Positions 24,149 through 38,136 of a DNA stretch of 64,000 nucleotides are shown here, piece by piece. Origin of the DNA: Antedon mediterranea (lineage: Eukaryota; Animalia; Echinodermata); contig NC_092679.1 of assembly GCF_964355755.1 (NCBI RefSeq), positions 10,957,432 to 11,021,431 on the forward strand, read 5' to 3'. Position numbers and translations under genes: made by a program. Each line of letters begins with the position of its first letter. Position 1 is the stretch's first letter. The notes beneath the pieces are model-generated. The model saw only the letters and a program-made list of their open reading frames with translations, did not search any database and was not told the origin of the DNA.

Positions 24149-27038
24149 GAGAGTTATTAAAGAAGGAAGTAGCGTGGTCTTGGGAAGAACGCCACGACCA
24201 ATCGCTAAAACATTTGCAGAGTTTGTTAAGCTCAGAGCCAGTACTTAAGTACTTTGATCCGAATAAAGAAGTAGTAATCCAATGTGACGCATCATCTTTT
24301 GGACTAGGAAGTGTTTTAATGCAAGATGGTCACCCGATACGCTATAGTTCGCGATCACTAACGTCAGTCGAAATGAACTATTCTCAGATAGAAAAAGAAA
24401 TGCTAGCTATTTGTTTTTCACTTGAAAGGTTTAACAACTATGTCTACGGACGTTCAGTTACGATCCAGTCTGATCACAAACCTCTTGAGTCAATCACAAA
24501 GAAACCAATTCACAAGGCGAGTCCCAGATTACAGCAGATGATGCTACGACTATTAAAATATGATATAAATGTCACATATGTTCCAGGTCGTGAAATGTAT
24601 ATCGCGGACGCACTGAGCAGAGCGGTTCCGATGGAAACTGTCACGAATGATCCTGAAATTCTACAATATCGTATACATGCCGTACATGAGCTGTTGAGTA
24701 TGAGTAAAGCTAGAATAACGGAATACAACAAGCGACTAACGAGGACGAGACACTAAAGGAACTATCGAAACAGTGCCATATTGGCTGGCCTGAGCGACGT
24801 CGGTCAGTCAGCGTAAAGATAAGACAATTTTGGCCGATGCGTGACGAAATTTATGAACACGAGGGACTAATGTTTATTGGGCAGAAATTGATAGTACCAG
24901 AAAGCAAACGAGAATTCATGCTTAACCGCATTCATGATGGTCATTTAGGAATAGAGAAATCCAAGGCCAGAGCCAGAGAGTTGTTGTACTGGCCCGGTAT
25001 CACCAATGCGATTCATGACATGGTATCAAGATGTACGACATGTGCGAAGTACAAACGGAAAAATCAACGTGAACCAATGATACCTCACGAAATACCTGAA
25101 ATACCCTTCTATAGAGTTGGGGCAGACATTTTCAACTTTGGAGGAAATGATCACTTAGTAGTTGTAGATTATTATTCAAAATATCCCGAAGTCGTAACGC
25201 TACGCAACAAAACTGCCAAAGAAGTAATCGGCAGGCTAAAAGCGATTTTCGCGACATTTGTAAGCGACAACATGCCTTTCGCAAGTTTTGAAATGAAAGA
25301 GTTTGCTAAATCATGGGGGATAGAACTAATCACATCGTGCCCCACCTATGCACAAAGCAATGGTCAAGCTGAACGGTGCATACAGACAGTCAAGCAATTG
25401 TTGAGGAAAGCCGCTGATGACTTTCACGGAGACTTTCATTTAGCTTTACTCGCTTATCGAGATGCGCCGTTGGGAGGTATCGGCAAATCTCCAGCACAGT
25501 TGCTGATGAACAGAAGGCTTAGAACACGAATTCCTATCGCATGCGAGCAACTTAAGCCTACACTGATTCCAGACGCACATAATTCGTTGATCGTCAGACA
25601 AGACAAACAGGCGGAATATTACAATCGTGGAACGCGAACGCTGCAATCACTGAAAGGAAACGAGATAGTCCGTCTCAACAAAGGCCGAGAATGGGTCCCC
25701 GCGAAAGTGTTATCTGTTACCCCGAGATCATATATGGTCGCTACGCAAAACGGACAAGTGTATAGACGCAATCGCCGACAATTAAATCAATTACATGAAG
25801 AAGATATTAATGTTGAAGGGGAAGTGGATGAAACTCCTATCGAAACTCCGCCGAGGACACCTGATCCTCAAAAGGAAGAGGTAGTCATGACCAGACCAAA
25901 GCGAAATAGACGTGTACCCAAACATTTCGATGATTTCATAATGGACAAATACTAATTAAAAGACTCATTGTTCATAATTTCTCTGCCAGATATTCATGTT
26001 TTATTATACCCCAAATGTTTACATCATCATAGTTTAATTGTTTCATTAAGAGTTTGATATTGTGATTACGATTGTTGTTGTTGTTAATGTTTAAGAAAAA
26101 GGGAGATGTCACATATCTATCTATTAGTGTAGGCTGGTATGTCGTTTATATGAATGTCGTGTATATTTTTTGTTAAAAGCAAACTTTGACTTTATTTCAT
26201 ATCTTGATAATATAAGGAATGAAAAAAAATATGTTGCTATTTTTTCTAAAGAAATTTAAAGGACCAAATTCAAGATGGCCGCCAACATTCAAATAACCCT
26301 ATTTAAAACCAGAATATCACCAACACAAATTATGAATGTGGAACAAGTCCGTTTTGATGGTATTACACATACAATCTATGTACATGTTATGTATACATAA
26401 ACTATGTAAAGCGATAATCTGTCGGCCATCTTGGATTTCAAAATGGCCGCCACTAAAAATTAAATTCTTTAAATAATTTTTGTTGTTTGTACACAATGTT
26501 CTAAAATAGTCACTTCTCATAGGATTGTCTAAATATAAGGCTGTCTAAAGTTGTCAATGTTCTCTATATAATAGATATATAATACCAACCCCTACTACTG
26601 TATGACTCTTTGAACTACCTAATCGTTCAAAGTTGGAGTTGCAAAAGTATGGAACAACTTACAAATTGATATCAAATATTCAGCAACAATTACTTCTAAA
26701 TCTGAATTATAGATCTCATTTCTTTTCATAAAAGTGAAACTTTTATTTCAATGTTTGTATCTCGAACAGGACCACAATATAAAACAAGTGTATTTATACC
26801 TTATTAGCAATTATACCCGCCCCAGGGCGGGTTTCTAAATTAATTTAAAGCCGCCTCAGACCCCAGTGTCTCCCTCTACCCACCAACCTCCACCCCTCTT
26901 CAATAACATCCCACACTATTTTTTTTAAACAAATTCTTCCCAAGACAAATTTCAATTCAACTTTAGGGGTAGGGGTATACATAGCTATGATAGGCCTATG
27001 TTTTAAGTACCGTACGTTGTAAACTGTGTAAATGAATA

Positions 27039-27588
27039 TAGTCCAGGAGTAATTAGACTTTGAGGTAGAAATAAATATGCTAAAGCTGAATTTTTCAGGA
27101 TAGGTCCCTAATGTTGTCTGAAACAACATACTAAAAGTCCCCGGGTTTCCCCGTTGTGCTTCAACCCGATAGCGCCATTTTTCAAAATGGCGGCCATCTT
27201 AAAATTATTTACCATATGCTGACAACCAGTAGGTGTAAGTAAACAATCTTGGTGTCAAAATACTCAGAAGACCCATATTTATATTCACTGTAATGAAAAA
27301 GTTTAACAAAAAATGGTCAGAAATGCCTGTTTTGACCTTTGACCCTAAATTTGGATTATCTCAATATCTCATCAACGACTGGCCGTAGAGACTTCAAAGT
27401 TGTCCCAAATTATTCAGAAGATGGCCGCCATTTTGAAAAATGGCCCAATCAGATTGAAGCACAACGGGGAAACCCGGGGACTTTTAGTATGTTGTTCCAG
27501 ACAACATTGGGGACCTATCCTGAAAAATTCAGCTTTAGCATATTTATTTCTACCTTTGGCGCTTTTTTTGTCTAATACTCCTGGACTA
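27039..27588. mobile_element. MITE with ~160-bp TIRs, TAG...CTA termini and 3-bp TSD ATA (Academ-type)
   Basis: TAGTCCAGGAGTA/TACTCCTGGACTA. The empty site is visible in the sister Helitron at about 1743-1768. Confidence 0.85.
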
Positions 27589-28088
27589 ATAGGTGTCATA
27601 TTGGCGGATATATATATAATTTAGATACTGCAGTCCCCAGCCTTCTTTCTCCTATCACCATCCCAGCCACAATAACAAACCTAATTCCTCCCATGGAGAG
27701 TTCAAATGTAGTAACTTTTCCTAGTAGAATTCCAATCACGTTATACTTCATTACGCCAGTATTTCCGCTCCTCTTCCTCCCTCCCAACACATCCCAGATA
27801 CTGGGTGATTGTGACGTTTCCGGTACAAATTATGTTATCCATTACTACCAAGTTGTCATAACCCCTCAGTGCCAGTTTTCAGATCCAGTTTAAAACATTC
27901 CCAGTACAGTTTTCCTCCCACACAGTTCCAGTTAATTTGATAGCCTACTACCCCTAGCTTAAGCAAAATTAAATTCCCGGTACAATTGCGGTCATTTTGA
28001 TACCCCATATGTATGGTTACGTGCTGAAACAGAACAAACATCGGAAGTGAGGAAAAGTGGGCCATTTTGACCACATTTTGGCCCCTAA

Positions 28089-28246
28089 TGCTTGGTTCCC
28101 ACTAGAGACGCAACACAACGACGTAACGCAACGTAAGGGATTTGACCAATCACAAGCGATGGATTTATTTGACGGTCGCTTGTCATTGGTCAACTGGTTT
28201 GCGCTGCGTCTACGTCCTTGCGTTGCGTCCTAGTGGGAACCAAGCT
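28089..28246. mobile_element. PIF/Harbinger-type MITE, TAA TSD
   Basis: TIR GCTTGGTTCCCACTAG/CTAGTGGGAACCAAGC with TAA on both sides. The empty site is in the sister Helitron at about 1656-1673. Confidence 0.88.
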
Positions 28247-30406
28247 TAACTTGGATCCTAGATGGCGGATGATGTTCAAATGTAGTTTAGAACTTTCCCG
28301 GTACAATTCTGGTCATTTTGATAATATGTAAGGTTATTTGCAGTAACAAAATTTGTCTTTCACTTATAATATAGATTGTGAAATCCTGTATAAATATGGT
28401 GTTAAATAATAAATGCGTTATTGCCATGTAATTCAATGTCTGAAACTTCAGGGCCATGGTCACCAGTATGGTTGGTAAGTTTTCAACCTGTCAACTTTTG
28501 GCAGAAGCTTGAAGGAAATAAAGATACAGCTCATTCACAAGCTTCATAGGCAGCATTAACTCCCACTTCTCATCTTCTACAATCTCAACCGATTTCATTA
28601 GATGAGCCTTAAAATGACCACCATTATACACTGGTTTGATGAGTTGTGGTATAAAAACTCATGTACTAGGGAAAGACAAGATACTGCCTGGTGATGGCTC
28701 TTTCCCGAGATGAGTGGAGATGGACAGAGATGACATCAAGAAGCAATTCTTATTTCGACCTGGTGAATTATATGGCTTTTGACATGTAGCATTGTGAAAA
28801 TAGTGTTGAGGCCAGTGCTTTTGTTGAAACTGAACTTGTGTTACCTATACAACAGTGACACAAATATCTTAAATGGAAAACATCTCTAAAAGATGTCACA
28901 GAAGCACATACTCTACAACTTCTGAAACTTTTCTAGATAAATGCTCATGACCACCTGAACTATGGCCGGTTACTTCCACTGTATCACTTCCAACAGATTA
29001 CTGATATTGGAGTTTATGAGACGACATGTATGTGTGACAAAGGGACTGGATTGACATCAATTGATCAACGTCATTAAGCATGGTATCATTGGAATAACAC
29101 AAATTAATGATTTCATCAGAGCTGGCAAATCTAGTTGATGAGTTTGAAAGCCAACGTTTAAAGAGAGATGATATCTTGATTAATGAAGAATGCTGCGATT
29201 CTCACAGAGGTGTTTGTTGGCCATGGCATGATGACATTGGACAGAAAATGTTTGAGGAATTGGTAAAAGTTTTGTAGAAGGCAAACTGTCTATATGGGAT
29301 CCTAAGAAAAGGACGAATATTGGCAAAAAATATATATGACGATGAATACAGGTGACAAACTAAACAAAGTAAAAGAGGACTCCTATAGTGATTCTTTGTC
29401 GTATCACATAGTCAGTTGGTACAGTACTATATATAAGAAAGTATGAGCATTTAGGGGTGAAATGAGGTATTGCAGTACTTTTGCCGATTTGTTTCTGAAC
29501 AAGCTTGTTGGGATCACAGATCAGTCTGTTGAAGTTTGATGGATACCATAGTAGAGAACGAAGGAAGGGCAACGCATTCAAGACAGCTCACTGATTAGAA
29601 ATATTTCATTTGGTAGAGTTAGTTGTCATTTAACTGAAGAAGTTTATGAGATGTTTTAATATGAAGAAGTGTACATACTATACTATACCTCCTAATGGTC
29701 AACATTTTGTGTTAATCACCATGTTGTTGTCATAGGCATATCATTTTGTGTCATTTCAATCTAATTTAATTTAACTTACACACGTTTTAATAAGAAATTT
29801 AACCCATTAAAAAAAATGGCGCCATTTTCAAATTTAAAATTTCCACCATTTTGTGTTAATAACCATGTTGTTGTCATAGCCCTATCATTTTATGTGATTT
29901 CAATCAACGTCATAACTTGCACATGTTTTAATAAAGAAATTTAATCCATTTTTTAAAAATGGCAGCCATTTTGAAATTCAAAATGTCAAAATACTGATGA
30001 AGATAGGTTTATAATAATTTTTATATAGCAGAGAACCCATATGGCATTAATTTTAACTTAAAATATTATTCATAATGGGTGTTACTTTGTCCAATATGGT
30101 ACATTTATTAGATATTTTATGTATTGGCGGCCATCTTGGATTTGACACCCTTAAGCTTTTTTAAAAAAATGGCAACATATTTTGTTTATTACTTTACATC
30201 CTAAAGACACTAAATCAGCTGGAATTTTGTTTTTAACAAAAAAATGACACGAAATTACATAGTGGCCTACACAATCAAATATATGTGTGTATGACGTCAC
30301 AGTCGGGAGTTCCCAGAATGCTTTGTAATAAAGTTACACTCTCTCTCATTGATCTCATATAGTCGTCTGTCATTTTATTTCTTGCAACTAATAATTGCAA
30401 TATATA

Positions 30407-32720
30407 ATAAGATAAGATTGACCTATATCTGTAGATGTGCAAGAAACTTCGTTTTTTGATTTTCGAGTCGCGCAGCGTAAGTTACGCGCGATTTTATGAA
30501 TTTCAATGATTGATCATAGATTAAAAACCAAAAGTCATTTTGTATTGAAACTTGGTGAAAATTTAAGTCATATCAAGCGCAAACTTTCTATGGATTAAAA
30601 ATGGCAGGTTGCGCAGAAAGTTACGCGCGCACGCGCGCTTAAAATTTCAAATTGCTAAAAATCCATTTCTAATCAACTTTCTACGCGTTTCATGTCATTT
30701 TGAGCATTTCAAAAATTCCTGCAATATTTTTACGCAGGGCAAAAACATGTTTTTTTGGCTTGATTTTTGTTTTTTCAGCCTTCTCTTACCAACTTTCAAA
30801 CAATTTCGACTTAAAATCACGTCATACGAGAACGTAGAATTGAACAATTTGCGCGCGTTTTTGAAAAAAAAAAATCAAAAATTTGTCAAAATTATACCTT
30901 TTTTTAAACAGTCATAGATTCTAAACTACATGGTGAATTTTATTTTTTTTTACATATTCTGGAAGTTGATGAGTTGTAGATATCGAATAATGTATTAATA
31001 TGGCTAACCGGACATTGTGACGTCATCGTATGGCCACGCGAATATATAATTTAGGATTTTTGTATCTTTCGTAATAGGTCATCACATTTAATAGAGCGCA
31101 TCTCCACTTATCCATTTTCCATTTTCACCCCGATTTTGATATTGTCTAGGTCAATCAATTATCTTTCGCATGAGTTAAAAATATTTTAATTCTTTTGACG
31201 TCATCATGCCTAAAAATTTAAATTACGTGTGGCATTAATTTCATCTTTACAGTAAATTTTAATCTTTTAATAGGTTTTTTAAACTACTCGCATCAAAAAA
31301 CGTGCACATTAAATCAAATTATGTTTTAAAATTACAAATCACAAATTATAACTCTTGGCTCTTGTTGAAAAATGAAGTTTTTTGGACAAGTAGTTGTCGA
31401 GAAAATGCAATTTCAGTTTACTTGGTACTTTAAGACTGCTCGCCGGCTTTTGAAAAATTCTGTCCTATCTTTTAACACTAGCAGGTCTAAAAAAGTATAC
31501 TAAAAAGTGGTCCAGAATTGGGACTGCGGTCCGAAATGGTCCCAAAATTTAATGGAATGGTCCTTGACCACATATCTATCTGTACATTCATTTTGGTAAA
31601 GATCTTGTAATTACTTTTTGAGTAATCCTGCTAACAAACAAACAAACAAACAGACAGACAAACAAATGAAAGCACTCAGAAACTGAGTGAAATACTTGGC
31701 AAAATATATCCACTGACTCGGAGCATGTTGAAATATACATTTTTTTTGCTTTAGGTATTAGCTTTACATTGTTAAAATCCTGCTGGGGTTAATAATTTGT
31801 TTAAATAATTTTTTGATACAAACAACTCCGGCATTGCAACAATGACCTTTCTAAAATCAAGATTGACCAGAATAATGATCGAGGAGTGTCTTGAAGCTGT
31901 ACCGATTTGCCGCGCCTCTGCCTTAACCCATGTAGTAATATATCAATTTACCTGAAAATCAATAGGCATGTTCTGTAAGTATATACCTGATGAAATAAGG
32001 AAGGACACACGCTGGTGCTAACAAAACTACTTATCAACTTACAATAGTTTAATTTGAATAACAATAGAACAGCAACGCCAAAAACAAACGGGTGAATTTG
32101 AAAAGAAATAGGTTTTTTTAAAACTACTCGTATAAAAAAGCTGGTACACTCAATCAACTTTTGTTTTAAAATAAAAATCACAATTTATAACTCTTGCCTC
32201 TTGTACAAAAATGATGTTTTTTGGACAAGTAGTTCTCGAGAAAATGCAATTTCAGTACACTTGTTACTTTAAGACTGCTTTTGAAAATTGTCTCCTATCT
32301 TTTAACACTAGCCGGTCTGAAAATAATATCATTTTTGTTATTTGTGAAGTTATTAAAAAACCAATTTTGTTAATTTTCAATAGGCATGGTCTGACAATAT
32401 ATATCTATCTACACCCAAAAATTCAGAACGATAACTTGAAAACTGTAGGCGCTATCGTGCTAACAAACAAACAAACAAACATACATACAAACAAAGTGAA
32501 TACTATACTTGGCAAAATTCTTTTTTGCCAAGTAACAAATGAAAGCACTCACAAACTGAGTGAAGTACTTGGCAAAATATATCCACTGATTGAGAGCATA
32601 TTGAAAATTTTTTTGATTTAGTAGGTATTAGCTTTACATGGTTCAAATCCTGCTAGGGTTTATAATTTGGTTAAATAATTTTTAATACAAATAATGACCT
32701 TTCTGAAGATCTCAAGATTG
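30407..32720 (+). repeat. Cluster of non-autonomous Helentron/DINE-like repeats with an internal duplication (~31270-31870 vs ~32110-32720)
   Basis: (ACAA/ACAG)n microsatellites, hairpin ACTTGGCAAAA-ttct-TTTTGCCAAGT at about 32507-32533, and a third copy in reverse at about 53940-54330. Confidence 0.6.
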
Positions 32721-33511
32721 AACTGGGAAAATATGGACGTCTAAAGAGAATGATTACAATTAAATAATACTCTCTTTAGTGTCCATCGACTCTAGTCTAG
32801 GGATTAGGGCCTTTTATTTAGTGAAATAGTTAATAGGCAATACTAGTAAGTAATGCTAATCATTATTATTGGTACTATAGTTCCACAGAGTTATAGATAG
32901 CCTAATTATTTTGAATTTAGTATAATACTAATAATAGGTTAGGTTAGCCTATCTACTAACTACTATATAGCCTACTACTACTACTACTAGGCCTGCCTAC
33001 CATTGCAATTAGATGAATTGTTCGAAAACAGGCGGATTGATAGGCCTAGCTAGATAGAGTAATACAACACACCTTTCGTAGTACAGCAGGTATTTTGAGA
33101 CAGAAAGTATACTTTTAGTGTTAGTGTTATATATAATCTAGCATAGAATAGCTAGCCGCTAGGCCTATGCCTAATTAAAATCATAGATCCGGTTACCTAG
33201 CTGAACATACATACAGCCATTTGACTTGGAATTTTAAGTAGATAATTGATTACAATACCATCTGTTTGGTAGTGAGGGCCTTCATGTCACAAACAGGGCT
33301 GTTAAAATAATTATTTTCCTAGCTAGAGTGGGAATTAACTTTGGTACCTCCTCTGTTGTTACATTACTAGGGCTAGCCAGTGTCAATTTTAGTACAGTAT
33401 TAATTTGATGATTTGGTACATTAATTTTTTTTTTAAATTTAAATTGTAAAATTGTTTTTCCTTATTCTATACCTCTTTACTTCACACTGTGCTTTATTGT
33501 TTTACGTTTAG

Positions 33512-34192
33512 TCATGCAGAAAGACATAGCACAGCTTCTGGGCCGACCAGGACAACAGTTTCTACTCACCTTCCTACAACATCGACGCCTATAGAAGGTG
33601 CTCATTTAAGAACTACACTATCTGGTGGTTCAGGTACAAGGTATGAAAATTTAGATATAATACAAATTTTGTTATGAAATATATTACTAATAATATTAAT
33701 ACTTAAATTAGATCACATGGGATTCACATAGTGAACGGTTGCTTTCTACACTCACGATTACATGGCTTCAACACTCACTACTAACTGACTTCTCAATAGG
33801 AACTCTACAAATATAACTATAAAATATAGAAATTGTCATTGATCATAAATTGTTCTTTAGAATTTCTTCAATATCTGGAATTGATAGATTGAGCAGTAAC
33901 TCAAGTACTGTAACCGCTTTTCCAAGTGCTTCCAGTTCTTCAAAACTGTCATCTTCTGAAGATGGAAGGTAAGTTTAAACTAAAATTGCAGCGCTTTACA
34001 CTTTTCTGTTTCACTTAATTGAACAGACAGCAAAATCCTTGTCTGTGGCTTGATAATACCCTGCACTCTTTATACACTATGCCAATCTGATTACTGTTAT
34101 TGAGAAATAAAATGGCATTAAAACTGTTATTTTTTTAGTATAAGCAACATTAAAGAAGAGGACAGACCCAGATGCTCTGCTGAAATATTAAA
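33512..34192 (+). CDS. Three Ser/Thr-rich symmetric exons (33512-33640, 33861-33968, 34139-34192), probably the 5' part of the SAMD3-like gene
   Basis: All are AG/GT bounded, phase 2-2, open, and 129, 108 and 54 nt long. Confidence 0.6.
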
Positions 34193-34423
34193 GTAACTGA
34201 ATTCTGTATACTTTTCATTTTATATGTTACAATGTATTAATTTTAATTACATAGTTTAAAATCCTTTCCCCCTCGATTGCTAGTGTTTCTAATCACAAAA
34301 TTAAGAGGTTGACCTACTGTACAAAGGTACTGGGGAGATATAACAAATTGGCGACGAGGATCGGATTTTAAATTCTAAGTGAAAATGGCTGGAATTTCAC
34401 CACCAGTACCGTTTCTACCTACT

Positions 34424-35704
34424 ATATTTACCGTTTTTACCTATCTATATGCTTGGACCTTTACTATTTTTAATTTATGTTAATGACTTACCTAATTCCT
34501 CTTCCCTCTTAAATTTTGTTCTTTTTGCTGATGACACTAACATTTTGTTTTCATACAAAAATATTACTGAACTTAGTTAAGATTTCCAATTGGCTCAATT
34601 TAAATAAATTATCTTTGAATATTAATAAAACTAATTATATTTTTTTTAATTATAAAATAAAAAATATAGACTCGGTTGTTATTAAAATTAATGATAGTGT
34701 AATCAAACAAGTTATTGAAACAAAATTTCTCGGTGTTATCCTAGACTCAAAGTTATCCTGGCAGTCCCATCGTAACAATATTTCAAATATAATTTCTAGA
34801 AACATTGGAATAATGAATAAACTAAAGCACTATCTCCCACAGCACATTCTTTTATCTTTATATAACACCTTAGTTTTACCCTATATTAATTATTGTAACA
34901 TATCTTGGGCTACCACAGACGAGTCCTGAAGCAACCAATATTGACAACATCTTTAAACTACAAAAACGTGCTACCAGGATTTGTGCAGGGTCAACCAGAA
35001 TAGCTCACACCAAAAACTTATTTAATAAATTTAATATACTTAATGTATTTGATTTACACAAATTACAAACTTATATTTTTATGTATCGTCTAAAAAATCA
35101 CTCTTACCAAATCATATTATTTCTTTATTTCCTAAACAACAACCTGATATTTACAATTACAATACAAGATTTGCTAAAACAAATATTTTATCTGAAAAGC
35201 ATACATTTCATTTAAGAAGAAAATCGATTTTTTATAATGGTCCACAAAACTATGGAATTTATTAAGTATTTCATTAAAATCTCTTCCTAATCTACCTTTG
35301 TTCAAATCTAACCTAAAAAAGTCTTTGGTCGCAGCATATGGCAGCTAAATCTCCTGTTCTTGTTCTTCTTGTTTCTTTTCTTCTTCGCTTAATTGAATTG
35401 AATACCTTTCATATTGTTCATCTTGTAATTTTACTATTGTCTTAGCAATTTAAGCTTCTGTATTTTTATTGTAAGCCGGACTGCTATAGTATACCTTCAT
35501 TATTTTTTAAATTTTATTTTTTTAAATTTTTAACCCCTTTTAACTGGTGGTCGCGACTTAAAGTTGTCCGCAACTTATTTTGACCTCCATCCGCACATTT
35601 TTGATGTTTTTTTTGTTTATTGTAATTTTCTTATTTGCAATTTGTAATTTTTATCTTTTATTTTAAAATGTGTGGAGAAACTAATAAAACAAACAAACAA
35701 ACAA
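34424..35704 (+). mobile_element. 5'-truncated CR1/L2-group LINE inserted in gag
   Basis: YVNDLP, LFADDT and KFLGV motifs, AATAAA-(AAAC)n tail, and TSD ACCTACT at 34417-34423 and 35705-35711. Confidence 0.9.
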
Positions 35705-38136
35705 ACCTACTCCAGGCAAATCAACGTTAAAGTTTGAACAATGGTTTGGATTTTTTACAAATTATACACTTACGTCTGGAAGTGACCGATGCAATGCTGA
35801 AAGAAGAAAAGCACTTTTACTACATTGTCTTGGTACTGAGGGTCAACGTATTTACAGCTCTTTACCAGAAAGAGAAATTGATCCAGATGATGAAATTAAT
35901 TCATATGATGCAACTGTTGCCAAATTGCGGGCACATTTCAACCCAAGATTAAACGTTGTAGCGGAAAGATACAAATTTCGGCAACGTAGACAACTCCAGG
36001 ATGAAACATCAGATGAGTATGTAAGAGAACTTCGACAGTTATCAATTTCATGTAATTTCGGTGTAATAGCTGATGAAATGATAAGAGATCAGTTAGTTGA
36101 GAAAACTAATTCTTTCCGTATTCGTGAAAGATTACTTCTGGAACCTGAACTTACATTAAATACTGCCATAGAAATTGCAAGGCAATGCGAACATTCTGCA
36201 AAAGAATGCCAAATAATAGGTAAAGCTGAACTACCAGTACCTGTTGAGCAGATACGAAAGAGTACTGTAATTACAAACCTAAACAACAGCCAGCAAAATA
36301 CAAATCTAGTGAGTACTGTTTTCGTTGTGGTTCGAAATCGCACAAAGCAAATGATGTCAAATACAAGGCAAAGAAAGCTAAATGTAATAAATGCCGTAAG
36401 ATAGGACATTTTGCTAGTGTTGAAATTGAAAATATTGATGAAACCATATCTGTTAATGTGATGGTTAACAGAAAATTACGCACTGACGTATTGATAGGTC
36501 ATTCAGCAAAAGTGAACATGACCATAGATACTGGTTCACCAGTTACAATTCTACTCAAGAGAATCTATAATCGATATTTTGTCAACGAAGCTCTACAAAA
36601 GGCGTCAATCAAACTGATGACCTACTCCAAGGAACCGATACATGTGTATGGATTTGTGAATTTACCAGTTACGCTTACAAGTGAGCCAGAGAATAAAGTG
36701 CACGCGAAGATTTACATCGTAGAAAAAGGATCGCCTATACTCGGAATGGACTTGATTAGCAACCTAACTATTAACATTGTGAAAGGACAAATTGCTTGCG
36801 TCCAAGTCGCTACAGATACTACTACAACTGATGCTGAATATAAAGAAGAACTGAAAAAGAACTATCCGAGATTGTTCAGTGGGAATGTGGGACCCGCGAA
36901 GGATTTCGTACATAAAGTTATGGTCCGCGAACACTGTACACCTAAAATACAGAAATTACAAAGCTTACCATTTACGGTAAGAGACAAAGTTGCCAAAGAA
37001 CTTGATAGGTTAGAAAGCCAAGGAATTATAGAGAAAATTAATGCAAGTCCTTGGGTAAGTCCTATTGTTGTAGTAGGTAAAAAATCCGGTGATGTACATA
37101 TTTGTATAGATTTAAGAGAAGTTAACAAAGAACTTGTAGTTGACCAATTTCCTTTACCCGATATTTCAGAATTATTCAATTCATTGCATGGTGCTACTGT
37201 ATTTTCTACGTTAGATCTTAGATCTGCGTACCATCAATTAACATTACATAAAGAAAGTACAGTAATACATCAGAACCATTAAGGTATTTGCTAAGGAAAG
37301 AAAATGCATGGTGCTACTGTATTTTCTACGTTAGATCTTAGATCTGCGTACCATCAATTAACATTACATAAAGAAAGTAGGGATTTAACTGCTTTTATTA
37401 CGCATCAAGGCCTTTACCGTTATAAGAGAGAATGTTTTGGTATGAATTGAGAACTGCTTTGGGAATGTTTGGATACTATGCAAAATTTGTACCAAATTAT
37501 GCGACTACATCTGAACCATTAAGGTATTTGCTAAGGAAAGAAAATGCGTTTGTGTGGGGTACTGAACAACAAGCCACATTTGATAAATTAAAGAATAGTA
37601 TTGCTAAAAGTACTGCATTGAATTTGTTTGATCCCAAATTATCAGTGATTAAGTCAAATTAAAGATAACATTGAAATTCCTATTGCATTTACATCCCGTA
37701 CATTGACAAGTGCAGAGCGTAATTATTCAACGGGAGAGAAAGAAGCATTAGCTTGTGTATATGCTTGTAAAAAATGGCTTAATTACTTATGGGTAACAAA
37801 TTTACATTACGTACTGACCACAAGGCTAAGTTCATGTGCTACAGGTCATAAAACCATGCGAATTGCTAGATAGGCAGAGTGGCTACTTAATTTAGATTAT
37901 GTGATTGAATATAACGGAAAATAATCCTACAGTTGATAATAGTGATGAATATGTATTAAGTTATATATTGGATGCTAACACTTGCATTACAAAACAAGAG
38001 TTAATTAAGGAAACAAATACTGACCATGTGTCAACATTACTTAAGAAGTATATTACAACTGCATGGCCAAGTAAGAAAATGTTAAACGAGGAATTAATCC
38101 CAAAATCATTGCAATGTAAAATAATTGATCAAGCAT

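Larger units (their letters stand above)
26804..28375 (-). mobile_element. Complete non-autonomous Helitron
   Basis: Minus strand reads A|TCTATATTATAAGTGA ... ACCCGCCCTGGGGCGGGT-ATAATTG-CTAA|T. Inserted between A and T with no TSD. Confidence 0.85.
26125..30273 (+). mobile_element. Decayed Academ transposon inserted in the Gypsy 3' LTR
   Basis: Imperfect TIR TAGTGTAGGC.../...GCCTACACA. Coding relics ILNGKH..RCHR, HDHLNYGRLLPLY and GIIGIT at about 28850-29100 match motifs of the 59745 ORF. No clean TSD. Confidence 0.7.
21294..30406 (+). mobile_element. Gypsy element: gag 5' part 21507-21839, RNase H and integrase ~24118-25955, PPT, split 3' LTR
   Basis: gag WKRWKQRFDLF; RNase H QCDASSFGLG, YSQIEKE, SDHKPL and ADALSR; integrase H..H..C..C, VDYYSKY and SNGQAER. 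PPT AAGAAAAAGGGAGA ends at 26106. Confidence 0.92.
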
